A stretch of DNA of 64,000 nucleotides from contig OZ296649.1 in NCBI GenBank assembly GCA_965655095.1, forward strand, positions 72,850,001 to 72,914,000. The letters run 5' to 3'. The position numbers and the translations under genes were made by a program. This DNA comes from Haplodiscus bocki. Lineage: Eukaryota. Position 1 is the stretch's first letter. Each line of letters starts with the position of its first letter. The notes under the pieces were generated by a model. The model was given only the letters and a program-made list of their open reading frames with translations, made no database searches and was not told where the DNA came from. This document shows positions 1 to 14,514 of the stretch, in pieces.

Positions 1-3000
1 AACGAGTGTCCACGACAACCGTGTCCTTCTACTTCACCGATCTCCTAACATTGAGCACTTGCCAGTTATTTATCAAAAGCTTGTGATTTTAGTTTTAAAG
101 TTGAGTAATTGTCAAAAACCTAGCAAATAAAAAAACTAAAAAAAACTTTGATTTAACTACGAACTTGTCAAAATTTCAGTATTTTTTGAACAAAACTTTC
201 CTGCTTTAGTCCATAGTATGACCTGTACGACCAAAGGGTCCCACAAAAAAGAAAAAAAATGGATAGAACCATATATCTGACGTTGAGCAACTTGTGAGTT
301 GAAAAAAAAACAACCGAATAACTGGATTGATGAAATTGGTTCTCTTCCGAGATGGACTTCCGTGTTTAACGAAATCCATTTTATCTCAAGCATTACCAAC
401 TCATCAAAAGAAAGCTCTGCTCCTATCTGGGGGCTGGATCAAACTAAGACTAGCTAAATCTTGGGCCAACCCAGCTTTGGGATTGCTGTTTATGGAAGAA
501 GGGCTCTTATATGTTTTTCACGGATGACAAACATCCTTGCAAATCTGCGGATGGAGGACAACGGACTAAAGAGCTACCTTTTCCTGAGGCACTTTTGGAA
601 CGTTTGTGATATGTTAGGCGTATGTGCTTTAAGCTCGAGCGCAATGCTTGCTGCGCTTCTGCTTCTAAAATTTTGTGACAACGGCAAAAAATCCCGCAAA
701 GCGCCCATGAATCTATGCCAATTGGACCTAGCGAGCTAAATTAATCTAATTCAACACAGAAAAACCCCTGCCTACAGTAGATTCCAGAGTTTTTTTCGCA
801 AAATTCTAGATCTTAATAATTTTTCCCATTGATACAACAAGGAAAACTTCAATTTCAACTGATAAAATGGTATGTTCGCAAATTCAGCATCTCCGTGCAA
901 TTTCCCTCGGCACTCGTAATGGATGAATGAAGTCTAATGATTTCTCGCTGATTCTGTGAAGTTTTTCAAAAGTTGCAAAAGTTACGAAAATCGAAATCTT
1001 AACCGAGGCTTGAGTTTCCAGACGTCATAGTTTTTCCAAACAGGCGTCATCCTCGCTCGAGGAGCTGCTAGAATTAGACAACCTGCCGGATATTTATCAA
1101 CAAGTTGTGGTTTCAGAGTCACAGTTACGTTTCTGTCAAACTCCTGAAAAAGAAAAAAACATGAAAAGTTTCGTTTTCAGCAGAAGGTGTTCAAAACTCC
1201 AGTTTTTTGAGGGTAATTTTTTCCTCTCGTCAATAAAACTCACCCGCGCGACCAGAAAATCCCGCAAAAAAAGAAAGAAAGTTAAATGAAACGACTTTTC
1301 TAACGTAGAGCATCTTGTGAGTCGGAAAAAAACCAACAACTGAATAATTGCATATAGAAAATTCGTTCCCTTGCGGGGTTGATTTTTGAGTGTAAGTTAT
1401 TCCAATTGCCTTCCCAGTAACAACAACTCATCAGAGAAAAAATTTGCTCCCATCTGGAGGCTGGTTCAAAGCATGAAAAGCTAAGTCTTGGGCTAATCCA
1501 GCCATTGGGATTGCTGTTTACAGAAGAAGGGCCTTGAAATGATTTTCACAGATGACAAAATTCGTTGCAAATCTGCACATGGAGTGCAATGGACTAAAAA
1601 ACTACCTTCTGAGAAATTTTTGGAACGTTTTTGATATGTTAGGCGTATGTGCTTTAAGCTCGAGCGCAATGCTTGCTGCGCTTTTGCTTCTTCTAAAATT
1701 TTGTGACAACGGCAAAAAAGTCCAGCAAAGCGCCGATATCTCTGAGCGAGTTGAACCTAGCGAGCTAAATTATTCTGATTCAACACGGAAAAAACTCTTG
1801 GATACACTACAGATTGCAAGGTTTTTCAAGAAAACTTTCACGCCTTCTTGTTTTTTCCCACTGAAAAAACATGAAAAAAGTAAACTTTAACTGATAAAGT
1901 GGTATTTTCGCAATTCTAGCATCTCCGTGCATTTTCCATCAGCATTATTAAAGGATGAATGATGTACAATAATTTCTCGCTACTTCTCCGAAGCTTTCGA
2001 AAGTTGTAAGAAAGTTACAAAAATCCAAATCTTGGCCGAAGATTAGGTTTTCAATCGTTGAAGGTTTTCTAAACAAGTATCATCCTCGTCCGCGGAGCTC
2101 CTAGGACTGGGCAGGCTGCCGGAGACTTATCAACAAACTGTGATTTCTGAGTCACAATTACATATCTGTCAAACTCCTGAAAAAGTACTAAAACATGAAA
2201 CTTTATTTTCAACCCAAGCCTGTCAAAATTTCAGTCGTTTCGTAAACTTTTTTCTTCGAGTCAAAAGTACTCACCTGTACAACCAAGGAGTCCCGGCAAA
2301 GAATGAAGTAACAAGTTCAATGAAACTACTTTTCTTACCTAGAGCATCTTGTAAGGCAAAAAACAACAAACGACAAATTGGTTTTAAGGAACTGATTTTC
2401 ATCTGAGATTGATTTCCGTTTGGATTATTCTGAGTTTCTTCCAGAAAGTGTGAACCCTCCAGAAACTAGCTTCTCTCCTATGCGACGCCCACCGTAAATC
2501 CTAACAAGCTGCTTTTTGCGTGAATCCACCCGTTGAATTTGTTGTTTATTAAAAAAAATGGCTATAAATTCTTCTTCAAAGATGACAAGAGTTTCAATGC
2601 ATAACCTTCATATGATATTCAACGGACTGAAGAGCTACCTTCCCCTGAGAACTTTTCAAACGCTCTTGATTTTTGAGGCGTATGCACTTCAAGCCCATGC
2701 GCAAAATTTGTTGCCTCTTCGTATTATTGGGGACTTTGTAACATCAACATTAAAATTAGGCAGAGCGCCCATGTATCGGTCACATTACACCTAGTGGGTT
2801 ACCTTTTGATTATTCAACTGGAGAAACCTGTGGCATACACTAAAGTTTTCGAAGATTTCCAAAACCTTTTATATCGACAAGGTTTTCTTCCCACCCACAG
2901 AAACAATGTGAAAAAATGCGAACTTCAACTGATAAATCGGTATATTTGCAATTGTTGAAGGTCCAAAATAATTTCAATAGGTGAGAAATTTTTCCTCCAC

Positions 3001-6000
3001 TCAGTAGTTTTCGCTCACATGACAAAAAACTTTCAAGGATGCAACTCCAAGGTTTGTTTTCACCGAAGAAACAACGCAAAAAAATTGGAAAAATTACCTA
3101 AGAAATGGGCAAATTTGCATTCTCTCTGATTTTTCCAATGGTCCATGACAATGGATGAAAAGTTCCAATGCCTTCTCGCAGCTTCAGTGAATTTAGTACA
3201 ATATGTAAAAGAACTACGAAAACCTCAACCAAGGACTGGGTTTGCAGTCATTTTATCGAGTTTTTCTAGACACTCGTCAACATTGTCCGAAGAACTGCTA
3301 GCATTGAACAGCCTTCGGGGTCCAAAAAAGGCGTGTGATTCCAAAGTTAAATTCAAGTATTTGTTAACTTCCTGGAACAAAAAATTTTGAGAAACTTCAT
3401 TTTTACCGCAAACCTATCGAACATTCTTTTTTTGGAAAACACTTTTCTCGTCAATAGATTTCGCTCACACGAACGAACACTCCTACGAAGAAAGAGGAAG
3501 TGACTCAATAAAGACCAGTTTTCTACGCAGAGCGTCACGTGGGCAAAATAACTCCCGAAAGCCGAAAAGATGGTTTTAAAAAATGGATTTTTCCTGTGAT
3601 TGTTCCAGAAAAAACTGAAACCGACTTTCTTTTGAGGTATATCAAACCATCCAACGTTAGCACCTATACCTTCTGGGACTTGTTTCGAGCCGTGCCGAAC
3701 TGTATTTTGCGCTAATCAACCCAATGACTTTGCTGTTTACGAAAGAATGGCTCTGAAACGTTTCGCACAGAGGAGAACTTTTCAGGAATTACCTTCAACT
3801 ACAGTTTAATGGCGAGAGGGGCGAGCAAATCCTGACTGAGATGTTTTCGAACGCTTTTGATTCATTAGGCCAAAGTACTCGAAACCCACGCTCAAAGCTC
3901 GTTGCGAAAGTTTTATTTGCAGACTGTGTTGTATGGACAGGAAGTTCAGCAGAGCGCCTGACCTCAGCCCCAATTAAAAAAACGTGTCAATTTTTGATGA
4001 TTCAATTTGCAACTCTCTAAGGTTGCATTTCAGCTTGCAGTTACAACCGGCAAAGTTTTATCATCCATGGTTTTTTCGACCGCATTAAGGACGAAAATTC
4101 AACACTCCACCCAAAAAACGGGTTAAATCCGAACTCTGGTTTCTCCGGACACATTTCGTGGGTCCAATACGAAAGACGAAGGATGTCTACTGATTTTTTG
4201 CAGCTTCTTCTTTATTGGAAGTTGCCAAAGAGTTATGACCATCTAAAGTTTAACAGAGGATTGAGATTTTTGGCAAGAAAATCGAATTTTTAATAAAAAC
4301 TCGTCTCTTTAGTCCGCTGGGATCCTAAAAGAGGGCAGCCCGCAAGGTATTCATCAACGAACTAGGATTTGAGAGAATAAGTTAGTTATCTGTTGATTTC
4401 CTGGGAATGTAAACAAAAAATTCAATCGAAAATTTCAAAAAAATATTTATTGTTGATGAAACAAGTTGTTTTTTATTGTCGATAGTACTCCCTCACACGA
4501 CCGGAGAGTTCCACAAAGAATGAACAAGCAACTGAGTTAAGACCAGTCTTTTTCATAACAGCATCAACACCGGATAGCCAGCAAGGTGATTTTACAAAAT
4601 TGGTTTTTTCCTGCAACACTTCTCCATTTACCCAAAACCGATTTTTTTCATCAACACAGCATAAGTCAACTCTGCCCATATCTGGGGTCCAACTCAAACC
4701 GTACCAAGCTGCTGGTTGCGCTAATCAGCCCATTGAGTTTGCTGTTTACGAAAGAATGGCTATGAAATGTTCTGCCTAGAAGACCATTTTTCTTGAACAA
4801 CCGCCAGTTACAGTTCAACAATTCGAGGGGTGAGCCTTTCATGAGATGTGAATGGGATGTTCTTGATTTCTCAGGGGTATCTACTTGAAGCCCATGTGCA
4901 AACTTTGTTGCGACTATATTTATTTGCCAATTTTGGGACTACCTCTTGAAAGTTCACTTAAGCGCCCATATTTCCAGCCCAATTTTTACGCGGGCTAATT
5001 TTTGGTGATTCAACCAGAAAAACGTCCGAGCTAAGCTAAATTTTGCAAAAATTCTCCAAACCTTTACGCTTCTATGGTTTTTTGCACACACAGAAACTAC
5101 GCTACGTGAAAATACGGAAAATGTATTTTTCAAATTTGTGAGTTCCCAATTCTCGAACCTCGGTGCATTTTCCATCGGTCCATCACAACGGATTATTGTC
5201 CTCTAATGACTTCTCGCTGCTTTGAGAAGCAATTGGAGGCTTGAAAAAAAACTACATAAATCGAAATCTCTACCGAGGACTGAAAATTCAGTCCTCAAAT
5301 CGAGTTTTTTTAAATAATTGATTCGGGCGTAAGCGGATCTCCCAGCATTGTGCTGCCTCCGGGTAATTAATCAACCGGGTGTGATTTCAGAGTCCAATTT
5401 ACGGATCTATTATTTTCTTGAAAAGGTCAAATTTCTGCACTACTTGAATTCTACCACGAACCGATCGAAAATTCATTTTTCGGAATACCGTTTTTCCTGC
5501 AGTCGACAGTATTCGTTCACAGGACTAAAGACTCCCATAAACAAAGAAGAAGCAACTCAGTTAAGACCAGTTTTCTACGCAGATCATCATGTGGGGCAAA
5601 AAAATTCCCGACAGCTTGAAGTTTGGTTTTAAAAAAGGTTCCTCCCGAGATTGTTTTTGGTTTACCTAGAAGATTCTCTTTTCTGAGTATAATCAACACA
5701 TCCAAAGTTAGCTCCGCTATTTTCTGCGACCTGTTTCAAATCGTACCAAGCAGCTCTCTGCACTGACTAATCCGTTGGATTTGCTGTTTACGAAAAAAAC
5801 GCTATGAAATGTTTTGCCCAGACGACAAGTTTTCTTGATTAACATTCAGCTACAGTTCAACAACTTGAGGTGTGACTCCTTCCTGCGAAACGTTCGTAAG
5901 ACTATTGAGTCATTAAGCGATTGTATTGGAAGCCCAAGCGCAAATATCGGTGCGCCAGTTATTTGACGATTTCGTTACATTGACAAAAAGTCAACAGAGA

Positions 6001-9000
6001 GCCTAAAAATCAAAAATCTGCCCCATTTTAACTATCGAGTTTAATTTCGATGATTCAACTGGAAAAAACTCTGGGGTAAACTACGACCCTGAAGGCTTCC
6101 CCCAAAGTTTTACGACTCCATGGTTTTTTCCACCCAGAGAAGCATCGTGAAAAATCCAGAATTTTAACAAATTAATCGGTAAATTTCCAATTCTTGAACG
6201 TCCGTAAAACCTCCGTTGGTCCATCACATTGGATGAATGATTTCTAATGAATTCTCATTGCTTCTGAGAAACTATTGGAAGTTGCCAAAAAAAAACGAAG
6301 ATCGAAAAAACGTTCAAAGATTGAGTTTTCAGTCAATGAAAAAAGTCCTTCTAAAACAATTGTCACCGTCGTCCGCGGAACTCCTGGGATTGGGCAGCCT
6401 GGAGAAAATTCATCGAGAGAGTGTGATTTTGAGGAAAGACTTACGGGTCTGTTAACTTCTTGAAAAGGTGAAATTTTTATGCAGAACTTCAATTTCACCC
6501 GAAATTTGTGGAAAAATCAATTTTCATGGAAGTCACTTTTTTCTCTAGTCAATATTAATCACTCACACGATCGGAAACTCTCAAGGGGAATGAGGAAGCA
6601 ACTCAGTAAAGATCAGTTTTTACGCCGAGCGTTATGGGGGAAAAATCCCAAGAGCCAGGAACTTGGTTTGAAAAACTAGTTTCATCCTGAGTTTGTTTTC
6701 AGTTTACCTAAAACCGAACTTCTTTCAAGTATTATCAACTCAACAAAGGTTAACCCTGCTGCTTTCAAGGACGTGATTGACGGCTTGCAAGCGAAATTTT
6801 GACCCATTCCGTCAAGTGGATTCGCTGTTTATGGAAGAAGGGCTTCAAAATGTTTTTCCCATAGGACAACTTACCATGGATAAACTTCAGCTGGAGATCA
6901 ACCGACTGCAGGGCGACTTTTTCTGAGAAAGGTTTAGAATGATGTTGATATATTAGGCTTCAGTACTTGAAGCCTAAACGCAAAGCTCGTTGCGCTGATG
7001 TTTGTTTTGCCAATTTTGCAACATCGACAGAAAATTTCTGTGAAGCCCTCATATCTCAACACCCATTGTATCTAACGGGTTGATTTTTGTTGATTCAACT
7101 CTAAAAATTTTTCAGTTGCCTTTCAGCCTGCAATATTAACCCAAAATATTGTATCGTCCATGGTTTTTTACATCGAAACAACGTGAAAATTCGGAATTTT
7201 TACCTATTAAACAAGGTACATTCCGAACTTTGGCATCACCGAGCACTTTTCATAAGCCCCTTACAAACAATGAATGATGCCTAACTTTTCTTTGCTGCTT
7301 CTGAAGGATTTTCAGAAGTTGCGAAAAAATTACGACACCCAGAAACTTAATCGAAGTTTCAGTTTTGAGTCGGAAAGTCGAATGTTTACTAACATCGTGT
7401 CTTCTTTGTCCAAGAGGCTCCTAGAGTTGGACAACTTAGCGGATATTCATCAACGGGTTGTGAATTCAGAGTGAAAACTACGTAATCGTCAGTTTTTTCA
7501 GAAAGTCAAATTTTATTTGAAACTTCAGTTTTACCTGGAAACTATCAAATATTCTAAGTTTCTCTGAAAAATACTTCTTAGTTTTGTCGACAGTACTCCC
7601 TCATACGACCAGAGAGTCCCACGAAGAAAAAAGAAGCAAGTCAATAAAGACCTGTTTTTTTACGTAAAGCATCATGTGGTTTAGAAATTTCCCGATAGCC
7701 AGACGTTCGGTTTCAAAAACTCGATTCCTATTGCATTTGTTTTCCATTTACCTAAAACCGAATTTCTTTCACATATTATCAAATGCAACAGAAGTTAAAT
7801 GAGCACCTTTCAGGGATTTCACTCACATCTTTCAAGCTTAAATTTGTGCCAAGCCATCCTTTGGGAATGCTGTTTACGGAAAAAGTGCTTTAAAGTGTTA
7901 ATGCCAGCTGACAACTATCCTTGGATAACCTTCAGCTGGAATTTAACGGACTGGGGGCAAGTTTTTCCTGAGAAGCGTTTGAAATGATCTTGACGTGCTA
8001 GGCAGATGTATTAAAGCCCACACGCATAGTTCCTTCCTATCACTTTTGTTTTGCCAACTTTGCAACATCGACCCAATATTGCAGCAAAGCCCCTATAACT
8101 GAACGCCCATTGCATCTAGTGGGTTGATTTTTGCTGATTCACAAAACTTCTGGGTTTTTTTCACCTCCATGGTTTTATTTCCACCCAAACAACGTGGAAA
8201 ATCCGAAACTTCTTCTAAAAAAATGGGGAAAATCCCAGCTCCAGCATCTCCGAGAACTTTTCATGGGTGCATTACGAAAGAATAACGATGTCTTAATATT
8301 TGTCACTGCTTCTCGGGGATTATTAAAGTTGCGTAGGAGTTGAGCCACTCAGAAGTTCAACAGAAGAAAGAGTAGTAAAAAAAACGAGTTTTTGCAGGAA
8401 AATTGTCTTCGTAGTCCACGGAGGTTCTAGAACTGGGGAGCCTGATGCGTATTCATCAAAAAGCTGTGATTTCAGAAACAAAGTTTCGTATCTGTTAACT
8501 TCCTGAAAAGGCCGAAAAAACTAAGAATTTTGAAGACCGAAAAAAGTGGAATTGCCAATTTTTCTCAAAAACACTTCATCGTTTAGTGGATAGTTTTCAC
8601 CTGCACGACCAGAGAGTCCCTCGAAGATTGAAGAAGCAACTTGGTGACGATCAGTTTTTTCACGCACGGCATCTTTATCTAGTGGGGCGAAAATAATCCC
8701 AACATTGGAAGATTAGCTCCGAAAAGAATTTTCTGAGATTGTGTTCAATTTGCCTAATTATGTTGAACTGTTTCAAATATTGTCAACTCGTCCGAAATTG
8801 GCTCTGCTCTTTTCTCGGGACTGGTGCAAAGCCTACCAAGCCGTGTTTTGCGCTAATCCATTAATTGGCTTCCTTGTTTAGCTAAAAGGGGCTCTGAATT
8901 GTCTTTCCCAGGGGACTATTTTCTTTGAATAAGCCTCAGCTAGAGTTCAACTGCTTGGGGGGCAAAAATTCCATCAGATTCATATGGAACACTCTTGATT

Positions 9001-10100
9001 CGTTAAGCATATGCACTTGAAGCCAAGGCGCAGAGCTCATTGCAGCGTTGTTCCTTTGCTGATTTTGTAAAATCGGTTAAAAAAAACTTCAGCAAATTGC
9101 TGTAACCTCGGCACCCAAGTTATCTTGCGGGTTGAGTTTTGCTATTTCAATTCGAAAAAAGTTGAGGCTATCTTTCAGTTTGCAAATACTTCCCAAATTT
9201 TTCTCGCCTTCACTGTTTTTTTCACTGAAATAACGTGAACATTAGAAAACTAACCAATAAATTGCTAATCTGGCAACTCCAGGATCTCCGACTCGGAGCA
9301 CTTTCAATGAGTCTTCTGCAATGGATGAAGCTTATCTGGTGGTTTCTCGCTCTCTCTGAGGGATTTTTGGGAGTTGACAAAATCTCACAACAATCAAAAA
9401 TTAAACCAATGATTGAGTTTTTAGTTTAAGAAAATGAGTTTTGACCGAAAAGAAATTGTTTCTTCAGTCAATGGGGCTCCAATTTTTGAGCAATTTGGAT
9501 TGTAGTTTCTAACGAATTGTATTTTCAGAGTCAAATCTACGTATCTGTTGATTTCTCAAGAAGGTAAAAAAAATTCCGAAAAAATTTAATTTCGCCAGAA
9601 AATTGTTTTAGATTCATTTTTTCTGGAAAGCATTCTGTTCTCTAGTTGATAGTATTCCCCTGTGGAACCGGGGAGTCTCATGAAGAATGAAAAAGCAAGT
9701 GAGTGAATTCCAGCTTGTTTAAGAGGAGCAACATCTCCGGTGAAAAAATTCCCGACAGCCAGAAGCTTGGTTTTCTAAAAAGAAGGTTTCCTCACTATTG
9801 TTTTCGGTTCCTAAATCCGATTTTCTTTCAAGTAATATCAACTCGTCAGAAGTTATCCGCTCTCCCTGCTGGGGCTTGATTCAAATCGGGTCGAGCCAAG
9901 TTTTGCGCTTATCCATCCATTAGGTTCGCTGTCTAAAAAAGAATGGCTATATAGGGTTTCTCCCAGAAGAAAGCTTTCAGCTAGAGTTCAAAAAGTTGAC
10001 GGGTGGGCCTCTCCGGAGAAGCATTCGGAAGACTCTTGATTTTTTGGATGTATGTACTTCAAGCCCAAACACAACGCTTGTTGACGCTATATTTATTTTT
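1..10100. repeat. Diverged tandem array of ~1.04-kb units (about 10 copies; continues beyond the left edge)
   Basis: Anchor motif TTGCTGTTTAyGrAAGAAkGGCT recurs at ~481, 1511, 2541, 3731, 4741, 5781, 6821, 7871, 8871 and 9931. Homologous short ORFs recur unit to unit (e.g. 461..739 vs 1552..1890; 6237..6455 vs 7274..7474). Confidence 0.9.
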
Positions 10101-12109
10101 TTTAAATCCGCTCACTTTTCATGTGGAAGGAAAATCATTAGCTCGACGTTCAAATTTTTTCAACATGAAATTTGCCAACTGCTCGATGAAGCAAAAATCC
10201 AATCTGAAAAAGTTCATTGCGTATTTTTTTTCCGAAGTTGCCGAACGTCTCGTCTCTTACGACTATCTTTTTAAAAAAATACACATTTCTTGCCAAAACT
10301 TTTTTGAGTTATTCGGAAAAAAACTACATCGAAAAGTTTTGATGCACTTTTTCACGTCTTTCAGACAATGTTTCGCTTGATTTAATTCTTCTTAGAACTT
10401 CATCTTTAATTTGGAAGGCAGAAGCCCTCAGATTTAGCCGGGGTCTTGTCTAACTTTTTAACTTTTCAGCCTCAGCCTCAACTTGTAGCTGAACAAATGT
10501 TTGAGAAGGCCTATCAAAGTGGCACATTTTAGAGAAATTTGAAAACAGAGGCAAAGCTGGAGCTTCAAACACATATTGATTACAAAAATCAAGCGATGGT
10601 AAAACGACAACTTGAGAGAAGTACTTAAAACCAGAGATCCCGAAAACTAATTCATAACATGATCGGAAACGTAATTGACATTCTTATGACCACAAGAGCT
10701 ACTCTCAATTGACGTTTGTTACTATGAATTTCGACTTCTGCTCGGAAAAAGAAAAAATTTACTAGACATCCCACAAAAAGCAATACCTGTTTTGAATTTG
10801 GGGATCTCAAGATGGCTAATATTAGGGAGCCGCATGTGAAAATGCTTCACAAAAATCTCACCTCAATTGCCTATTTTTCGAAATTGTGAAACCAGTAAAA
10901 ATTGAATCATTTCAGCAAAATAAATCCAGAAAACTTTCATTACCAGAAACTAAAAAAAAAGATTATGTCACTTTTACATTTTGAATAAATTTGAAATTGT
11001 CAATTCTGATGATTGAAGACAAGATGGGCGACTTGAGAGAAGTTTCACTTTTTTGTTCACGAATATCAGCAATTTCGGGTCAGCTGGTAGAAAAAAGTAC
11101 CTGCCACACTAAAAGAATTGCCGCAATAAAAAACTTAATTTATCTATTATGACTTTTTGATTTGCACCTTTTTAAGACCTAATCATTTATAAATTGGAGA
11201 TTCTGAACCATGTCTGAGCCTTACAGAACAATCAAAATTTTTCTGACGTCATTGTAGAGAGACCGAAGCCGTTAAGTAACAATAGTGAGCTAATAAAAAG
11301 CAAGTTGTAAATTGTGTTTTAGTTATGGCGTCATGATGATCGCGTGAAAAAAGCTCTTGTCAAAATGCATTATTCATTTAGCGTGATAATAATCATTCAG
11401 AAGCCGCAAAAAACCTGAAAGAGTCTCTGAAAAGCCTTGCACAGATTGAAAATTTCCTCTACAGATCCGGCCGAACGATTTGCCAGTGTTTAAGAAATGC
11501 GGACAATTTAAAACACAATCGAAACAAGTTCCTGCCAGATGTCTCAGAATTCATTCTGACTTTTCATACTAGACTCTCTCATGACGTCATAAACTGCAAG
11601 TTTGGAACTAGAACAAAAACAAAGTTCGGATACCCGTTCTTACTCTAGCTGAGCCTACATGAAAATTTTGCATGCTGCAATAACGTGTACAAGCAAATAA
11701 CTTATAAAACATAAAAAATGCAGACATTTAAGATACGTGTATCTCAAAAGTTTTCACTTCTGTAGTAAAAGATTGTTCAGGTTTCCGAGATATGTGTAGA
11801 AAAACAAAATCATTTGCTTGTGTTTTGACTCCATCAGTCCTAATTCACGCTTGCTGGTAATACATATTACATCATTCACTCATTGACCGTTAATTTATTA
11901 TTTATTCATAAGTTACGCTGACTAGAATAAGTTCAGCTCAGCTTAACCTACTTGTGCTGAAAAACGCGATAAAATTGGAAAGGTGTCTGCTACATGTAGA
12001 AAAAATGAATTGCATCTTAAAATTTGGAACATCTCAATGATTTGTCATTTAAATTTTACATGTAAATTATGAAAACCCGCCAAATTTTGCACGATTCCTT
12101 CAAGAAACT

Positions 12110-12441
12110 GGGTCTTTTCCGTTTCTTCCCCCCCCCCCAGCCCTACTGGCAAAATTATTATTCCCCCCCCCCCCCCCTAGCTGATATGCTCAGCTGAGCA
12201 GTATGGTTCAAGTTTCTGCTTAATAAAGTTATTGCAAATACCTGTTTGTTTACTTTAACTAGCTTCAGCAAGCAGTCAGCTTCTTGGAAGGTACTTGAGA
12301 TTTGTGAATTGTGGGCACTGCCTACTGACTCGCGAAAGACGTATTCAGTGAATAAATACATGTACACTGGTAGCAGCAGCTACAGCTTCGACTGGGGGGG
12401 GGGTATAATCCGCTGGGGGGGGGAAGAAACGGAAAAGACCC
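12110..12441. mobile_element. MITE with ~30-bp TIRs and 8-bp TSD (Merlin-like termini)
   Basis: Starts GGGTCTTTTCCGTTTCTTCCCCCCCCCCAG and ends CTG(G)nAAGAAACGGAAAAGACCC. Flanked by a perfect AAGAAACT at 12102-12109 and 12442-12449. The Merlin assignment is inferred from GG termini plus the 8-bp TSD. Confidence 0.85.
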
Positions 12442-14229
12442 AAGAAACTTTTAAAAAATCAACGCTACAGACAAAATTTAGGCATGAAATGATTTAAATG
12501 AATCATTGAAAATCTTTCACAACGTCTTTGGCAAAGTTAACAGGTTGCAAAACGAACTCGTCGCAAAAAATATTTTACAGAAAAGAATCGCAAAAAAATT
12601 AAGTGCTAATTTCTGCGAGTACATTAACATCTAACAAAAAATAGGCAAATTGCGAGCAGTCCCAGTTGGTATCGCCCTTAAGGATGAAAATCCTCGTAAA
12701 GATAGCCTGCAATGTTATCTAAAATATCACGGAAAACATAATAGTTGAAAAATTGGTACTTGCCTTTCGGGAAACCTTTTGAAGACACAAGGGTGTAACG
12801 CCAAAGTTTTGATGCTGTCGTTGTTGAAAAAATCCTACATGGGGTATAGAGTGTTTCGAAAAAATGCCTAATTTGTGATTTCAAAAGTTGGTATTTGTGT
12901 AGGAGCGTAAGTATGGTATCAGGCCAATCAGTGAAACTTGGGGTTTTTGTTTTTTTTGGGGTGTTGAAAATTGATTTTTATCACAACTTTCTGTTGAACA
13001 GTTCATTAAATGCCATCCATAATGAGTGAATACCATTTTTTACGCGTTGAATAGGCGAGAATGATAATTATTGGTGACTATTGTGCTTGTTGCTGGTCAG
13101 AGTTGTTAATGATGGTGGCCTCTATTTATCGCGTGATGTTTGCAGAGGCAACAACTTCATTCAAGTTTTAGACCCTTTGTAGTCGGCCTCGAACTTGCGG
13201 CTTGCAAAACGAAGTTCAACTAACTGCAGTTGGAATAGATGTACACAGTACAGTAGACTAACTTATTATGTCTCATAGAAAGAAGTTATTGTTACGACGA
13301 TCTTCGATGATGTTCAAACTCTTCAAATTAGATGCTCGAACATTAACGAATCCTAAAGGCCTTCAGCTATGATCGTCAAGTTCAAAATATTCAGGGCTCG
13401 TTTCTCACAAAAATTTGTTTTTCGAGGGAAACATTTGGTTCATTTTCTTATGCTATACCTTTTTTTAAAAAAAAATGTTTTATATGAGGGGATATCTATG
13501 AAAAAAATCTGGAATGAAGGTCCAATTTTTTTACATTAGAGTGTGCTAGTAGAATTTGTCAAAAAATCAGGTGTGTTGGGTGACATTTGGAAAAAAAACA
13601 TGAATAGGGGGCATCAGGAAAAAATTGGTGATCGGTTTTTTTTCAAAACTTTTCGTTTTGCCTTTGCAAAAAAAATATGCCTGGACGGTCTCAGTTTTTA
13701 GGTTTGCTGGTTGATTTTTGAGAATTTTTTTTCGGCTTTTAATTTTGCCAAAAAAAATGGAGGTGCTATTATATGCTACCTTGTAGGCTCTTTGATACGT
13801 TCCACAGTTCTAGGGGATGCCAGCAGTCGAGCCATAAAAATTTTATGGAACAAAAAACCGTCGCATAAAGTGTGATCTCTTCCGTCAAAAACTTAAAGCA
13901 CAAAGGCGAAGCGGAACTTCGCAACATTCTGACTTGTCAGTTGAAATCGAAAATAAAGTTGACAGATCAAAAGACCTGAGAGACATTGATTTTATATGTT
14001 ACAAAACACTGTTTGAAGTATTTTCGATGATTCAGATTTAACTTTCCATGCTTGAAGTTAATTTGGTGCTATGATATGTTAACGAAGAAAATTAGGTGCC
14101 GTTTTGGGGTCACTCTCAAAATTTTGCAGACAGAAAGAATGCAATTTTTGGGAAGTAACTCAAATAATTTTACATGTGACAGACAACCTTAGAACTTTGG
14201 TGCGCATTACATTAGAAGCAATGGAAAGT

Positions 14230-14495
14230 TAAGTTTATAGCCACCCACGCCTCGTCTTTATTAATCAAATAATAGCTTAAATGTCAAAACATCAATGAAA
14301 CAACAGATATTAGCACTTTGTAATAATTGCGATGGAGTCAAAAAACGTGCGAGTTAGGTTAAACTTTCTATTTGTTAGCTTGAAACATTGAGCAACCTTT
14401 TGCTGTAGCAAAGAAAACATTCAAAAAGTATGTAGCTAAATGTTTGAATTGTCTGTCAAAATTTTCAAATAAATTATTCGCTTGTGCTCATTACT
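14230..14495 (+). repeat. Dispersed repeat, copy 1 (copy 2 at ~32880-33156)
   Basis: Collinear similarity to 32880-33156 (TTTATAGC..CCCACGCC, CAAATAATAGCT, GCTG.AGCAAAGAAAAC, GCTAAATGT.TGAATTGTCT, TAAATTATT.GC.TG.GCTCATTA). Confidence 0.75.
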
Positions 14496-14514
14496 CCACT
14501 ATGAAGAAAATTCA

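Noticed and set aside
6275-6463. VRGTPGIG resembling a NACHT/P-loop Walker A in the tandem array
   Set aside because: It lacks the GK(S/T) lysine, is not preserved in other units, and the splice signals favour the opposite strand.
10400-14100. Further DNA-transposon remnants or host exons
   Set aside because: Apart from the 12110-12441 MITE, I could not pair termini or find coding motifs with confidence.
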